A stretch of DNA of 58,887 bases, the filler included. It is 4 parts of 4 records of this genome, joined end to end, with 100 filler letters (N's around TTAATTAATTAA, not from the genome) between each part and the next. Parts side by side here need not be neighbours in the genome. Positions count along the whole stretch, not along the records: positions 1 to 21,509 come from SRR22947725_136; positions 21,610 to 28,310 come from SRR22947725_142; 2 more parts are not named here. The stretch is one strand, 5' to 3'. The notes beneath the pieces are model-generated. The model was not told the origin of the DNA. It saw only the letters and a program-made list of their open reading frames with translations, and did not search any database. Positions 18,862 through 28,271 of the stretch are shown piece by piece. Position 1 is the first letter of the stretch, and every line of letters starts with the position of its first letter. Made by a program: the position numbers and the translations under genes.

Positions 18862-19812
18862 TTAAGTTCTTTTTAATTTTTTCAAATAAGGATGAAATTT
18901 TTTTGGTTGTTCTGTTAATGATGAGTTTCTTATTCCAAATGTAGTTTCAATTGCTTCTCTAGAATTTTCTATCCCGTACCCTTTACCATTTAATATTTTT
19001 TCATAACTTAGTGTATGAAGTTTTTCAAAACCTTCAGAAAAATCAATTTCTTGATCTTCAATCTTAATGCTTCGAAAAATTGAAGATTTATTTTTATTTT
19101 TTTGAGATTTAATAAAGGAAGAATTAATGGAAAGAAACCAACTGACATTTGCTTTCTCGTATTCTAAAAACCCACATGCTGTTGACTGATCACGGTAATG
19201 AACTTCATTTTTTAAAACGTTTCCAAAAATATAATTTAGCATATCATAAAAGTGAACTCCAATATTAGTAGCAAGACCACCAGACTTTATATCTGATCCC
19301 TTCCAGGATTTTGCATACCATTTCCCTCTAGAAGTTATATAGGTGAGTTTAACATTATATTTTGTATTAATCGTATTTTCTTTGACCTTATTGTGTAAAG
19401 CTAAAATTTGTGGATGTAATCTTAATTGCAAGATTGAGAAAACCTTTGCACAAAATTTCTTTTCTAATTTTTTTAGTATGTCTAACTGGTTAGGGACAAG
19501 AACAAGTGGTTTCTCGCAAATCACATCGATAGAGTTTTGTAATCCAAATTTAATTTGTGAGAAGTGTAGATAATTAGGTGAACATATGACTAAATAGTCT
19601 ATTTTTTTTCCTATTTCATTATAGTGCTTTATGAAATTTGAGAACTCTTTAAAGTTGGTAAAAAATTCTGTTTCTGGAAAAAACTGATCTATCATACCAA
19701 CTGAGTCTGTTATGTCCATTGCCACAACTAGCTCATGATTTAAGTCTTTTATTGCTTTCAAATGACGTGAGGCTATATAACCACCTATCCCAATGATCGC
19801 AAACTTTTTCAA
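18862..19812 (-). CDS. wbpB: UDP-GlcNAcA 3-dehydrogenase (Gfo/Idh/MocA family)
   Basis: GYIASRH, DSVG.ID, CSPNYLH, ICEKPLV, LQLRLHP, SRGKWY..SWKG and TNIGVHFYD motifs. Confidence 0.88.
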   Translation of the reverse strand: MKKFAIIGIGGYIASRHLKAIKDLNHELVVAMDITDSVGMIDQFFPETEFFTNFKEFSNFIKHYNEIGKKIDYLVICSPNYLHFSQIKFGLQNSIDVICEKPLVLVPNQLDILKKLEKKFCAKVFSILQLRLHPQILALHNKVKENTINTKYNVKLTYITSRGKWYAKSWKGSDIKSGGLATNIGVHFYDMLNYIFGNVLKNEVHYRDQSTACGFLEYEKANVSWFLSINSSFIKSQKNKNKSSIFRSIKIEDQEIDFSEGFEKLHTLSYEKILNGKGYGIENSREAIETTFGIRNSSLTEQPKKFHPYLKKLKRT

Positions 19813-19833
19813 TTTATTAATCCTTTTTCAAAA

Positions 19834-20862
19834 TTAAATTTGGTAGTATTGTTTAAACCATTTTACAAACTCTTTAACACCCTCATTTACATTTGTTTTT
19901 GGTTTAAACCCAGTAAGTTCTGTAAGCAATTTAGAACAAGCCCAAGTGGAATAAACGTCTCCAATTTGCATTGGTAACATATTTTTTTTTGCTTTTAATT
20001 GAATATTATTTTCTATTGCTTTAATAAAATCTAACAATTTAACAGGTTTAGAATTTCCAATATTAACTATTCTAAAAGGGGCAACATGGGAAAGAGAATC
20101 ATACTTGAATTTTATATCATTGTTCATGTCAGGTATGACATTTATTAACAAGTAAATAGCCTTGGAAAGATCATCAATATAGGTAAAATCTCTTTCCATG
20201 ATTCCCTCGTTATAAACATCGATTTCTAAACCTTTAAAAATTTTATCTGTGAATTTAAAATATGCCATGTCAGGGCGCCCCCAAGGGCCATAGACTGTAA
20301 AAAAACGAAACATGGTAATTGGCAATTTAAACACGTGTGAGTAACTGTGCGCTAAATTTTCAGTTGTTTTTTTGGTGGCGGCATAAAAAGACACTTGATG
20401 ATCCGCTTTGTCTGTTTCTCTAAAGGGCATTTTTTTATTCACACCATATACTGATGATGTGGAAGCAAGTAACATGTGTTTAGGCGGATAGGATTTGGAA
20501 GCTTCTAATAATTCAAATGTAGAAAGTATATTGCTTTCAAAATAAGCCCTAGGGTTTTTAAGAGAATACCTCACTCCAGCTTGTGCTCCTAAATGAATAA
20601 CTACATCTGGACTTTCTTCTTTAAAGATTGATAATAGAAGTTTGGGTTTTTCAATGTTTTTATTTATAGAACGATAATTTTTATTCTTTTTTAAAATTTT
20701 CTCTCTATTTTTCTTCAAAGAAACATCATAATAGCTGTTTAGATTATCTATACCAATTACTCGCCATCCTTTTTTCAATAAATATTTACAAATATGAAAC
20801 CCAATAAAACCAGCAGCTCCTGTAACAACAGCAACTTTGTTAATTTGAATTTTAACTGTCAT
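19834..20862 (-). CDS. UDP-glucuronate 4-epimerase-like NAD-dependent epimerase
   Basis: TGAAGFIG, AQAGVRYS, YAATKK and FFTVYGPWGRPDMA motifs. Confidence 0.9.
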   Translation of the reverse strand: MTVKIQINKVAVVTGAAGFIGFHICKYLLKKGWRVIGIDNLNSYYDVSLKKNREKILKKNKNYRSINKNIEKPKLLLSIFKEESPDVVIHLGAQAGVRYSLKNPRAYFESNILSTFELLEASKSYPPKHMLLASTSSVYGVNKKMPFRETDKADHQVSFYAATKKTTENLAHSYSHVFKLPITMFRFFTVYGPWGRPDMAYFKFTDKIFKGLEIDVYNEGIMERDFTYIDDLSKAIYLLINVIPDMNNDIKFKYDSLSHVAPFRIVNIGNSKPVKLLDFIKAIENNIQLKAKKNMLPMQIGDVYSTWACSKLLTELTGFKPKTNVNEGVKEFVKWFKQYYQI

Positions 20863-20914
20863 TTTAAACTCTTAAAATATGATCTAAATTTATAGCCTGA
20901 AACAAAAAATTTAT

Positions 20915-21509
20915 CTACTGCAATCCCTTCATATTTTCTGAGGTAGAATTATTGCTATGAAAATCAATAGGAGCGTTTTGAAAATAAATTTTTAAATTTT
21001 TTAAATCATCATTGTCGCAAAGCTTCTTAAGTTTCTTTAAAAAAATGTATAATTCTTTTTCAGTAATCTTCTTTTCTCTAGCCTTGAATATTCTTTCATG
21101 ATTAGTAGGAAGGCTACTGTCATTTAACAAAAGTTCCTCGTAAATTTTCTCCCCCGGTCTTAGCCCTGTTACTTTTATTTTTATAATATTTGGGTCCTCA
21201 TCCGAAAGATTGTTTTTATTTTCGATTACAGGTTTTTTCCCATATAATCTAATTATCTTCTGTGCTAAAGTCATAATATTTTTTGGTTTACCCATATCTA
21301 ACACAAACAAATCACCTTTTTTAGCCATAGCTCCAGCCTGTATTATTAATCCAACAGCTTCTCTAATAGACATAAAATACCTAGTTACATCTTTATGAGT
21401 TAGCGTGACAGGTCCACCTTTTTCAATTTGTTTGGCGAAGAGTGGTATAACTGAACCAGAGGAGCCTATTACATTTCCAAAGCGGACAATTGAAAAGATA
21501 GTATCACTT
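20915..21509 (-). CDS. C-terminal part of CapD/WbpM/PglF-type UDP-GlcNAc 4,6-dehydratase, truncated at the contig end
   Basis: The frame extends upstream of ATG 21373 through VRFGNVIGSSGSVIPLF..QI..GGPVTLTH...TRYFM; GLRPGEK motif. Confidence 0.9.
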
Positions 21510-21609
21510 NNNNNNNNNNNNNNNNNNNNNNNNNNNNNNNNNNNNNNNNNNNNTTAATTAATTAANNNNNNNNNNNNNNNNNNNNNNNNNNNNNNNNNNN
21601 NNNNNNNNN
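21510..21609. other. Artificial contig linker
   Basis: N44-TTAATTAATTAA-N44, with stops in all six frames. Confidence 0.98.
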
Positions 21610-21642
21610 ATTGAACTTATGACCTCTACGATGTCAACGAAG
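21610..21642 (-). repeat. Partial tRNA-Val(GAC) copy (anticodon arm to T loop), att-like direct repeat
   Basis: Minus strand reads CTTCG-TTGACAT-CGTAG-AGGTC-ATAAG-TTCAAT. No D arm or acceptor 5' strand upstream. 21610-21631 is identical to 28289-28310. Confidence 0.85.
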
Positions 21643-21735
21643 TTGTCGAAGAAAGACTTATATGATGATAACACTAGTAATTTTACTATCTCAAATACAA
21701 ACAGTAAATTCTAAAAAAAGTTTATTCAAATATTT

Positions 21736-22194
21736 TTAAATTTTCCATTTATACGGAAATTTTGGGTCATCAAATGGCACTCTTATAATTTCTTCCTTAT
21801 CATGAGGAATATCAGAACAATTAGCTAAAATTCCAGAGTTATTATCATTTGAGCAAAATCCATTCCATATTTTAGGCGGAATAGAAATTAAGCAGTGATT
21901 GTCTTCGGAAATTATTATTTCTTGGATAGCGCCTTTAGTTTTGCTTAAAGATCTATCATCATATAGCACAATCTTAATAGAGCCTTTAACAGCTACATAA
22001 TTCAGCGTCATTAATTTATGATAATGCCATGCTTTAATTTTTTTAGGATTAACAAAAGAAAAATACACTTCTCCAAATTTTGTAAAGCTACTATCATCAC
22101 ACCTTAACATATGTAAAATTTTTCCTCTATCATCAATAATTTGCTTCTTTTTAATTATTTGAACTCCTTGTATTTGACTTGTAATTTCTTCCAT
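21736..22194 (-). CDS. NDP-4-keto-6-deoxyhexose 3,5-epimerase (RmlC-like cupin)
   Basis: DDRG, FGEVYFS, KAWHYH, VLYDDR and IPPKIWNGF motifs. Confidence 0.85.
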   Translation of the reverse strand: MEEITSQIQGVQIIKKKQIIDDRGKILHMLRCDDSSFTKFGEVYFSFVNPKKIKAWHYHKLMTLNYVAVKGSIKIVLYDDRSLSKTKGAIQEIIISEDNHCLISIPPKIWNGFCSNDNNSGILANCSDIPHDKEEIIRVPFDDPKFPYKWKI

Positions 22195-22196
22195 AT

Positions 22197-23288
22197 TTAA
22201 ATTTTGGTTTTTTTCATGTAGTCGATTATTTGTTTTCTAGTAATAAATAATAAATCTTTTTTCTTTTTGAAATTAATGTACCAGTCAACAGTAAGTTCTA
22301 CTGATTCTTTTATACTTAAATTTGGCTTCCATTTAAGATATTTTTTTACTTTTTTACTATTAATATTCAAGAATTTTGACTCAAAAATTTTTTCTTTCTT
22401 AAATTTGTAGAAATTTTTTTTTATCTTAATTTTTGACTTAGATTTCATAGTTGTTTTTATCAAATTTGCAAATTTATAAACTTGCATATTTTGCTTTGAA
22501 CTTGGTCCAAAATTCCAAGGTCCTTGAAATTTTTTTCCATTTGTAGAATATAATTTCTGTATTAAAATAAGATAACCAAATAAAGGCTCAATGACATGTT
22601 GCCATGGTCTATTTGCTGTAGGACTTCTAAGAATTAAAGTTTTATTTGCATAAAAGTTTTCTAAAGCGTCTTTTGTAATTCTATCCTCCGTCCAGTCTCC
22701 TCCACCAAAACAATTTCCTGCTCTTACAGTTGCAATACTACAATTTGAATTTTGAAAGAAAGATTTATTAAAACTATTTATCAATATTTCGCAACATGCT
22801 TTGCTACCGCTATACATGTCATCACCTCCTAATTTAGAGTTTTCATCGAAATATTTAGATTTTTCATAATTTTGATAAACTTTATCAGTTGTAATTATTA
22901 ATAAACTTTTTACGCTTTTCTGATTTTTTACCGACTCTAACAGATTGTAAGTTCCAATTACATTTGTTGACACAGTATTTCTAGGATCTTTGAAACTCTC
23001 AATGACACTTGATTGAGCAGCTAAATGAATAATAATTTCTGGTTTGAACTCTCTAATTTTTTTTTTCAAATGATTGTAATCACGGATGTCATGTTTAATA
23101 TCTTTGTTAAAAATTTTTTTAATTTTAGTTTCCTTATAAAAACTATTTTTCCCTTTAGGACTCAAAGCATAGCCATAAATTTTACTTCCCAATAAGTCTA
23201 AAATAACTGTTAACCACCCGCCTTTAAATCCAGTATGGCCAGTAACCATAACCCTTTTATTTTTCCAAAATTTTCTATCTATCCTCAT
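22197..23288 (-). CDS. rfbG: CDP-glucose 4,6-dehydratase
   Basis: FWKNKRVMVTGHTGFKG, ITTDKVY, YSGSK, RAGNxxGGGDW and RPWQHVxEPL motifs. Confidence 0.93.
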   Translation of the reverse strand: MRIDRKFWKNKRVMVTGHTGFKGGWLTVILDLLGSKIYGYALSPKGKNSFYKETKIKKIFNKDIKHDIRDYNHLKKKIREFKPEIIIHLAAQSSVIESFKDPRNTVSTNVIGTYNLLESVKNQKSVKSLLIITTDKVYQNYEKSKYFDENSKLGGDDMYSGSKACCEILINSFNKSFFQNSNCSIATVRAGNCFGGGDWTEDRITKDALENFYANKTLILRSPTANRPWQHVIEPLFGYLILIQKLYSTNGKKFQGPWNFGPSSKQNMQVYKFANLIKTTMKSKSKIKIKKNFYKFKKEKIFESKFLNINSKKVKKYLKWKPNLSIKESVELTVDWYINFKKKKDLLFITRKQIIDYMKKTKI

Positions 23289-23327
23289 AAATTTAACATA
23301 TTGGCAATGCGCGCTTATAGATAATCT

Positions 23328-24299
23328 TTACTTATTTTTTTGAAGAACGCCTCTAATATAGCAGTTATCTCCTGTGTTATTTACAAACCACATCAATTTT
23401 TCTTCACTTCGAACTTTTTTAATTTGAAGAATATCTTGCCTTAAGCTTATTAGTTTATTAGGTATAAATTTTTTTATCAATTTTTTTAACTTTTGAAATG
23501 AAAAAAAAGAATTAAAGCCTCTTTCGTATAAAGATTGAGACTCTCTTTGATTTTGAAGGTCTCTCGAAAAAGAATATGCAGAAAAAGAAAAATTTATAAA
23601 TTTAAATCCATGAATTTCAGCAAGTTTTTCAATGCTTTTTTTGGTATAAAATAAAAGGTGCGGACCATCGTATGGCCTTCCATCCCAGTACTCTTTTGGA
23701 CAGTTAGGAACCTCAAAAAAAATATATCCGTTGGGGTTTAAAAAATCTTTAAATTTCTTAAAAATATTATTTATGTTTGATATGTGTTCTAATGAGTGTG
23801 TAGTAGTTATTAGATCAAATTTCTGGTTAATTTCATCTAAATTTTTAAAATTTTTATAGCCCCTGTCTGTTAAAATTTTTTCGCAATATGAATCCCCCTC
23901 CGTACAATAAAGATTAAGCTGAGGAAATTTTTTTTTTAAAGCAAAGCCTAGATCTCCGTCGCCACAACCAAAATCATATAAATTTTTAACTTTAGTAACA
24001 TCAACTAATGATGTGAGGTAGAGTAAATAGCTTAAATTTTTTTCTTCTAAATAGTGTTTTTTTTGATCTTCGTAATTTTCACTTACTAGATATGGAGGTC
24101 TTCCATCAGATCTATAGATATTTTCATAAAAATAATTTAAGTCTTTTTCATTTGGCATAGGATGAACAAAACCAAAATCACAATCATCACATCGATAAAT
24201 TTTTACATTTTTAAAATAATTTTTATCTTCTTTTATCTCAAATTTGTAATTATCAAGAAATTTTACACTCTCTTTTTTTTCACAGATTAAACAATGCAT
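23328..24299 (-). CDS. Class I SAM-dependent methyltransferase with N-terminal CxxC..CxxC
   Basis: CLIC/CDDC, YDFGCGDG, HSLEH and FFEVPN motifs. Confidence 0.85.
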   Translation of the reverse strand: MHCLICEKKESVKFLDNYKFEIKEDKNYFKNVKIYRCDDCDFGFVHPMPNEKDLNYFYENIYRSDGRPPYLVSENYEDQKKHYLEEKNLSYLLYLTSLVDVTKVKNLYDFGCGDGDLGFALKKKFPQLNLYCTEGDSYCEKILTDRGYKNFKNLDEINQKFDLITTTHSLEHISNINNIFKKFKDFLNPNGYIFFEVPNCPKEYWDGRPYDGPHLLFYTKKSIEKLAEIHGFKFINFSFSAYSFSRDLQNQRESQSLYERGFNSFFSFQKLKKLIKKFIPNKLISLRQDILQIKKVRSEEKLMWFVNNTGDNCYIRGVLQKNK

Positions 24300-24323
24300 A
24301 CACTTATCTTATTTATAATAATC

Positions 24324-25106
24324 TTAATTTTTTAAAAGATATTTTTTTAAATTTTTTGTTTTTAAATACTTTTGATTAGTTTTAGACTGTTTGTCAACCA
24401 TTTCAAGATCTTTAATATTGTCTACAGAATGCCAAAAACCATTAATTTTAATTAATTTGCAATTTTTTCTTTTGATCAATCTAGGAAAAAAAGTTTGTTC
24501 AAAGTTTTCAGAATTTATGAAAATTTTTTTTAATTTTTTAATCATTTTACTTTTTATAATAGACATCCCAGTATAATTATATGCTACATAGTTTTTTTGA
24601 GGCCTTATAGATAAAGCGTCATATATTAAATTTCTTCTAAAATCTTTTACTTGCCCTTTGATTACTCCAATCGTGCCATATGGATAAATTATTTCTCCTG
24701 ATAAAAAACTGATTGTCTTTTTTTTATCAATATGCTTTTTAAGAATTTTATTAATGTTGATTTTAAATATAGCATCACCATTTAAAAGTAGAAAATCTTC
24801 TGATCTTATTTTGTTCGAAATTTTTGCTATCCTATAGCCTATATTCGAATTAACTCCTGTAGAGACACAGTCAATCTTAATGTTAAAGTTTTTATTTTTT
24901 TTCAAAAACTTCCTTATCAATTTTTCTTTATATCCTAATGGCAAGATTATGTGATTAAAATTATTTCGCTTAAGTATTTTTAAAATATACCATAGTATTT
25001 CTTTACCTTGAATTTTAACCAAAGTTTTAGGTAATTTTTTTCCAATATTACCTAATCTTGTTCCCTTGCCTCCACATAAAACTACTGCTGTTTGTAATTT
25101 TTTCAT
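24324..25106 (-). CDS. Sugar-1-phosphate nucleotidyltransferase, glucose-1-phosphate cytidylyltransferase (RfbF)-like
   Basis: LCGGKGTRL, PK.LV.I.GK.ILW and GFWHSVDN motifs; in the same cassette as rfbG. Confidence 0.8.
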   Translation of the reverse strand: MKKLQTAVVLCGGKGTRLGNIGKKLPKTLVKIQGKEILWYILKILKRNNFNHIILPLGYKEKLIRKFLKKNKNFNIKIDCVSTGVNSNIGYRIAKISNKIRSEDFLLLNGDAIFKININKILKKHIDKKKTISFLSGEIIYPYGTIGVIKGQVKDFRRNLIYDALSIRPQKNYVAYNYTGMSIIKSKMIKKLKKIFINSENFEQTFFPRLIKRKNCKLIKINGFWHSVDNIKDLEMVDKQSKTNQKYLKTKNLKKYLLKN

Positions 25107-25124
25107 TTTAAAATATTGTATTAG

Positions 25125-25949
25125 TTACTTCCATAGAGAGTTGCTGGTTGTTATGTGATTAAATTTAATTTTTGATCTTTTATTAAATATTAATTTACCT
25201 TTTGCTTTATGTATTTTCCAATATTTTTCTACAAAATTTTTTATAAACTGGGGTTTATTTTCTGCTACGTGCCAAATTTGAAAAGTTTTAAACTTTTTTT
25301 TGTTGAAATTCATTGCATCATATATAGCTTGGCTTACAAAATTAATATTTGTAAAATCTCTTTTCTCTAGCGGATTTTTAACGAAAAAATTTTTTCCTCT
25401 TGTCGCAGTTTTAATCAAAGATGGATAAAGTCTTTTTTTGTTTTCTCCTTTTCCGTAAACAGGAAAAATCCTCAAAACTCTTACTTTGCAACCAAATTTT
25501 TTAGCTAATTTAATACATTGATCAGAAAACATAGCCTTGCTCATACCATAATCATCTGATGGAATTCTATTAGAATGTTTTGAAAATTTAACGTTTTTAT
25601 CATTTAATCTAATTCCGTATTCAGATGAAGTGCTAATGATTAACCAGTTTTTACATTTAAATCTAATGCAGTTTTTTATTAGCTCAAGAGACTTAAAAAC
25701 ATTTGTATTGTATTTATCTTCATTATATTCTTTATTAATTCCAGTAGAAGCCATATGTACTAAAATATCTGAGTCAGATAACTCCTTTTTCCAATTAAAA
25801 TTAATATTGCCCTTTAGCCACTTCATATTTTTAATTCTATTTTTTCTCTTTTTTCGGGATGTAGCATAAATAAAGTGACCTTTTTTTAATGCCAGTTTAT
25901 AGAAATTTTTCCCTATAAACCCAGAACCGCCTGTTAAGAAAATTTTCAT
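25125..25949 (-). CDS. NAD(P)-dependent epimerase/reductase (probable NDP-4-ketosugar reductase)
   Basis: LTGGSGFIG, SSEYG, YGMSK and RDF motifs. Confidence 0.8.
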   Translation of the reverse strand: MKIFLTGGSGFIGKNFYKLALKKGHFIYATSRKKRKNRIKNMKWLKGNINFNWKKELSDSDILVHMASTGINKEYNEDKYNTNVFKSLELIKNCIRFKCKNWLIISTSSEYGIRLNDKNVKFSKHSNRIPSDDYGMSKAMFSDQCIKLAKKFGCKVRVLRIFPVYGKGENKKRLYPSLIKTATRGKNFFVKNPLEKRDFTNINFVSQAIYDAMNFNKKKFKTFQIWHVAENKPQFIKNFVEKYWKIHKAKGKLIFNKRSKIKFNHITTSNSLWK

Positions 25950-26965
25950 AATTTTTTAGTTTGTAATAATCGTAAAATTTTTCTAAAAATAAAGTAAATT
26001 AGAGACAAATAAACATTGGGATAAAGTAAATTTTTAAAAATGTGTTTTGTAAAATTTAAATAGCTTCTACCCATCTTTTCTCCTCCAATTAGAATTTTAA
26101 AGATGTAATTGCTAAAGTTTCTTAGTGCAAAATTTTTACAGTATATATATTTTGTAAAATTTAAACCTTGAGATCTATAATAATCTAAAAGCTCTGGAAT
26201 GCGAACTATCTCAACAAACTCATACATTGATTTCCATTCTCGTTCTCCAATTAAATTTACACTTAATGGCTCTGCACAAATATATATTTTTGATTTTTTA
26301 AATGCATTTGAAATTATTATTGGATGTAAGCAAGTATTATCAAAATTTGACCAAACCTTTGTGTCTCTAATGTTTTCTTGATTGATAACATCTAAAGATT
26401 TTAACCATTTTTTAGTGTTAAATATATTGAGATAAATGCCTATCAAAAAATCCCATGAAACTTTAGGATCTATAACATCCCAAAAATTACCTGCTCTATC
26501 TTTATTAAGTTTTGAAATTGTCTTCATATTTTTTATATTTAAATTTTTTGTATCAAAAGGCGAACTAAATTTTTCTAAATAAACTGATTGCAAGTGATAT
26601 GAATTTATAAAAAAATAATCTTTATCTAAATTGTTTGATAAAATTCTTTTTACCTTCAATAATGTTTCTGGCAAAATTAAATCATCATCGCCTATCATCC
26701 AGGAATATTTTCCTTTTGCCATTGAAACAGCCTTAATTCCATTAATAGCAAAACCATAATTTTCTTTATTTTTATGAAATTTAATATTTAGGTCTTGACT
26801 ATATTTTCTGATGATTTTTTCAGTATCTTGACCTGAGTTGTTATCTGAAACACATATCTCAAAATGAAAATTATCAACATGATTTTTAGAAATCAAAATT
26901 GAGTTTAAACAGTTATCTAACGACTTAACTCTATTAAATGTTGGTATGCATATGGATAATATCAT
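25946..26965 (-). CDS. GT2 glycosyltransferase
   Basis: LSICIPTFNR, VSDNNS and IGDDD motifs; ATG 26965 is the likely start. Confidence 0.88.
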   Translation of the reverse strand: MILSICIPTFNRVKSLDNCLNSILISKNHVDNFHFEICVSDNNSGQDTEKIIRKYSQDLNIKFHKNKENYGFAINGIKAVSMAKGKYSWMIGDDDLILPETLLKVKRILSNNLDKDYFFINSYHLQSVYLEKFSSPFDTKNLNIKNMKTISKLNKDRAGNFWDVIDPKVSWDFLIGIYLNIFNTKKWLKSLDVINQENIRDTKVWSNFDNTCLHPIIISNAFKKSKIYICAEPLSVNLIGEREWKSMYEFVEIVRIPELLDYYRSQGLNFTKYIYCKNFALRNFSNYIFKILIGGEKMGRSYLNFTKHIFKNLLYPNVYLSLIYFIFRKILRLLQTKKL

Positions 26966-26984
26966 TAATAAAAAAAATTTAATC

Positions 26985-28247
26985 TTAATAATCGTGTGAT
27001 AAATTTCCAAAGTCTTTCTTTAAATATAAATGAAAATTGTCAATACTCACGATGTGAAATCTTGGTAAATGAAAAACTAACTTACCGCCTTTTTTTAAAA
27101 ATTTTAGTTCCTGCTTAATTACTTCTTTTCTAAAAGACCATATAAGTACTAGTAAGTAGTCTGGATTTTTTTTTCTCATTTTTTGTTTAGATATAATTCT
27201 TATATTTGATCCAGGTGTATACCTTGAGTATTTTTTTTTACTACCATCGCAAATTTCTTTTATTTCAGTGTTTTTAATTTCACAATGATTCAAAATTATA
27301 TTGCCTTTAGTGGAAGCTCCATAGCCTATTATTCTTTTATTTGAATTTAATTCTATAAACATTCTAATTAAGTTCTTTATTTTGTTTATTCTGCTATTAA
27401 AGTTTTTGTATGATCTTTCTGTTATTTTCTTTTCATCGTTCAAATATCGATTAATCATTTTTTTATTTACCTTAAATTTACTTTGTTTTTTGCTACAAAT
27501 TATTTCAATACTCCCCCCATTAATTTCATTTAATGAAACATCGACTATTTTAAGATTATTTTTTTCTATTATATTTTTAAATACCGTGAGAGTGTAATAT
27601 GTAACATGTTCATGACAAACTTGATCATAAGTTAAATTTTTAAGCATTAAAGGAAAATAAGAAAGTTCTAAAATCCAAACTCCATCTTTTTTTAGTAATT
27701 TATAAATATCTTTGCAAAATGAATTGGGATCATCTACATCATAAAACATTGCAAAAGAAGAAATCAAGTCAAATTGCGTTTCTTCTTTTGTGAAGTAAAG
27801 TATATTTTTTCTAGAAAAAAAATTATCAATGACTTTAATTTTTTTATTATATAATTTTTTGAATTTTTTTGCTGATGGGTCTACTCCAAATAATTCATGC
27901 GATTTATCAAAGTTATTTAAAAAAGTACCATCATTACTCCCTATATCCAAAATACAAGAATTTTTTTTTAAATAATTCTTTTTTTTTAAATATTTTATTT
28001 TTTTCTTGATATGATTTACCATTAAATTACTTAAAGAAGTGCGATATTCATAAGTATCCCCAAACATTTTTTTTGATTCTGGAGTTTTAGAAAGTTGAAC
28101 TAATTTGCAAATTTGGCATTGATAAAGATCAAGAGAATATTTTTTTAGGTTATACCTTTTGCTTTGATAAAAAACACCACTTAAAGGTTGTGATCCTATT
28201 TTTACTATTTTTTTTAATTTTTTTTTTTTACAATTTCTACACTTCAT
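26985..28247 (-). CDS. NDP-hexose C-methyltransferase (TylC3/NovU/TcaB9-like)
   Basis: N-terminal Zn site (CRNC, CQICKLVQL), LDIGSNDG, YDxVCHEH..YY, NGGS and GYGASTKGN motifs. Confidence 0.88.
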   Translation of the reverse strand: MKCRNCKKKKLKKIVKIGSQPLSGVFYQSKRYNLKKYSLDLYQCQICKLVQLSKTPESKKMFGDTYEYRTSLSNLMVNHIKKKIKYLKKKNYLKKNSCILDIGSNDGTFLNNFDKSHELFGVDPSAKKFKKLYNKKIKVIDNFFSRKNILYFTKEETQFDLISSFAMFYDVDDPNSFCKDIYKLLKKDGVWILELSYFPLMLKNLTYDQVCHEHVTYYTLTVFKNIIEKNNLKIVDVSLNEINGGSIEIICSKKQSKFKVNKKMINRYLNDEKKITERSYKNFNSRINKIKNLIRMFIELNSNKRIIGYGASTKGNIILNHCEIKNTEIKEICDGSKKKYSRYTPGSNIRIISKQKMRKKNPDYLLVLIWSFRKEVIKQELKFLKKGGKLVFHLPRFHIVSIDNFHLYLKKDFGNLSHDY

Positions 28248-28271
28248 ATTTAAATCAATTTTTATAAGACA

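Noticed and set aside
21610-21700. Complete tRNA-Val gene at the left end of contig 2
   Set aside because: No D arm or 5' acceptor strand, and a mismatched anticodon stem; treated as an att-like fragment.
23289-23327. TATAAG-CGCGC on the minus strand as an internal promoter for rfbG
   Set aside because: No convincing -35 element at the proper spacing; too weak to call.
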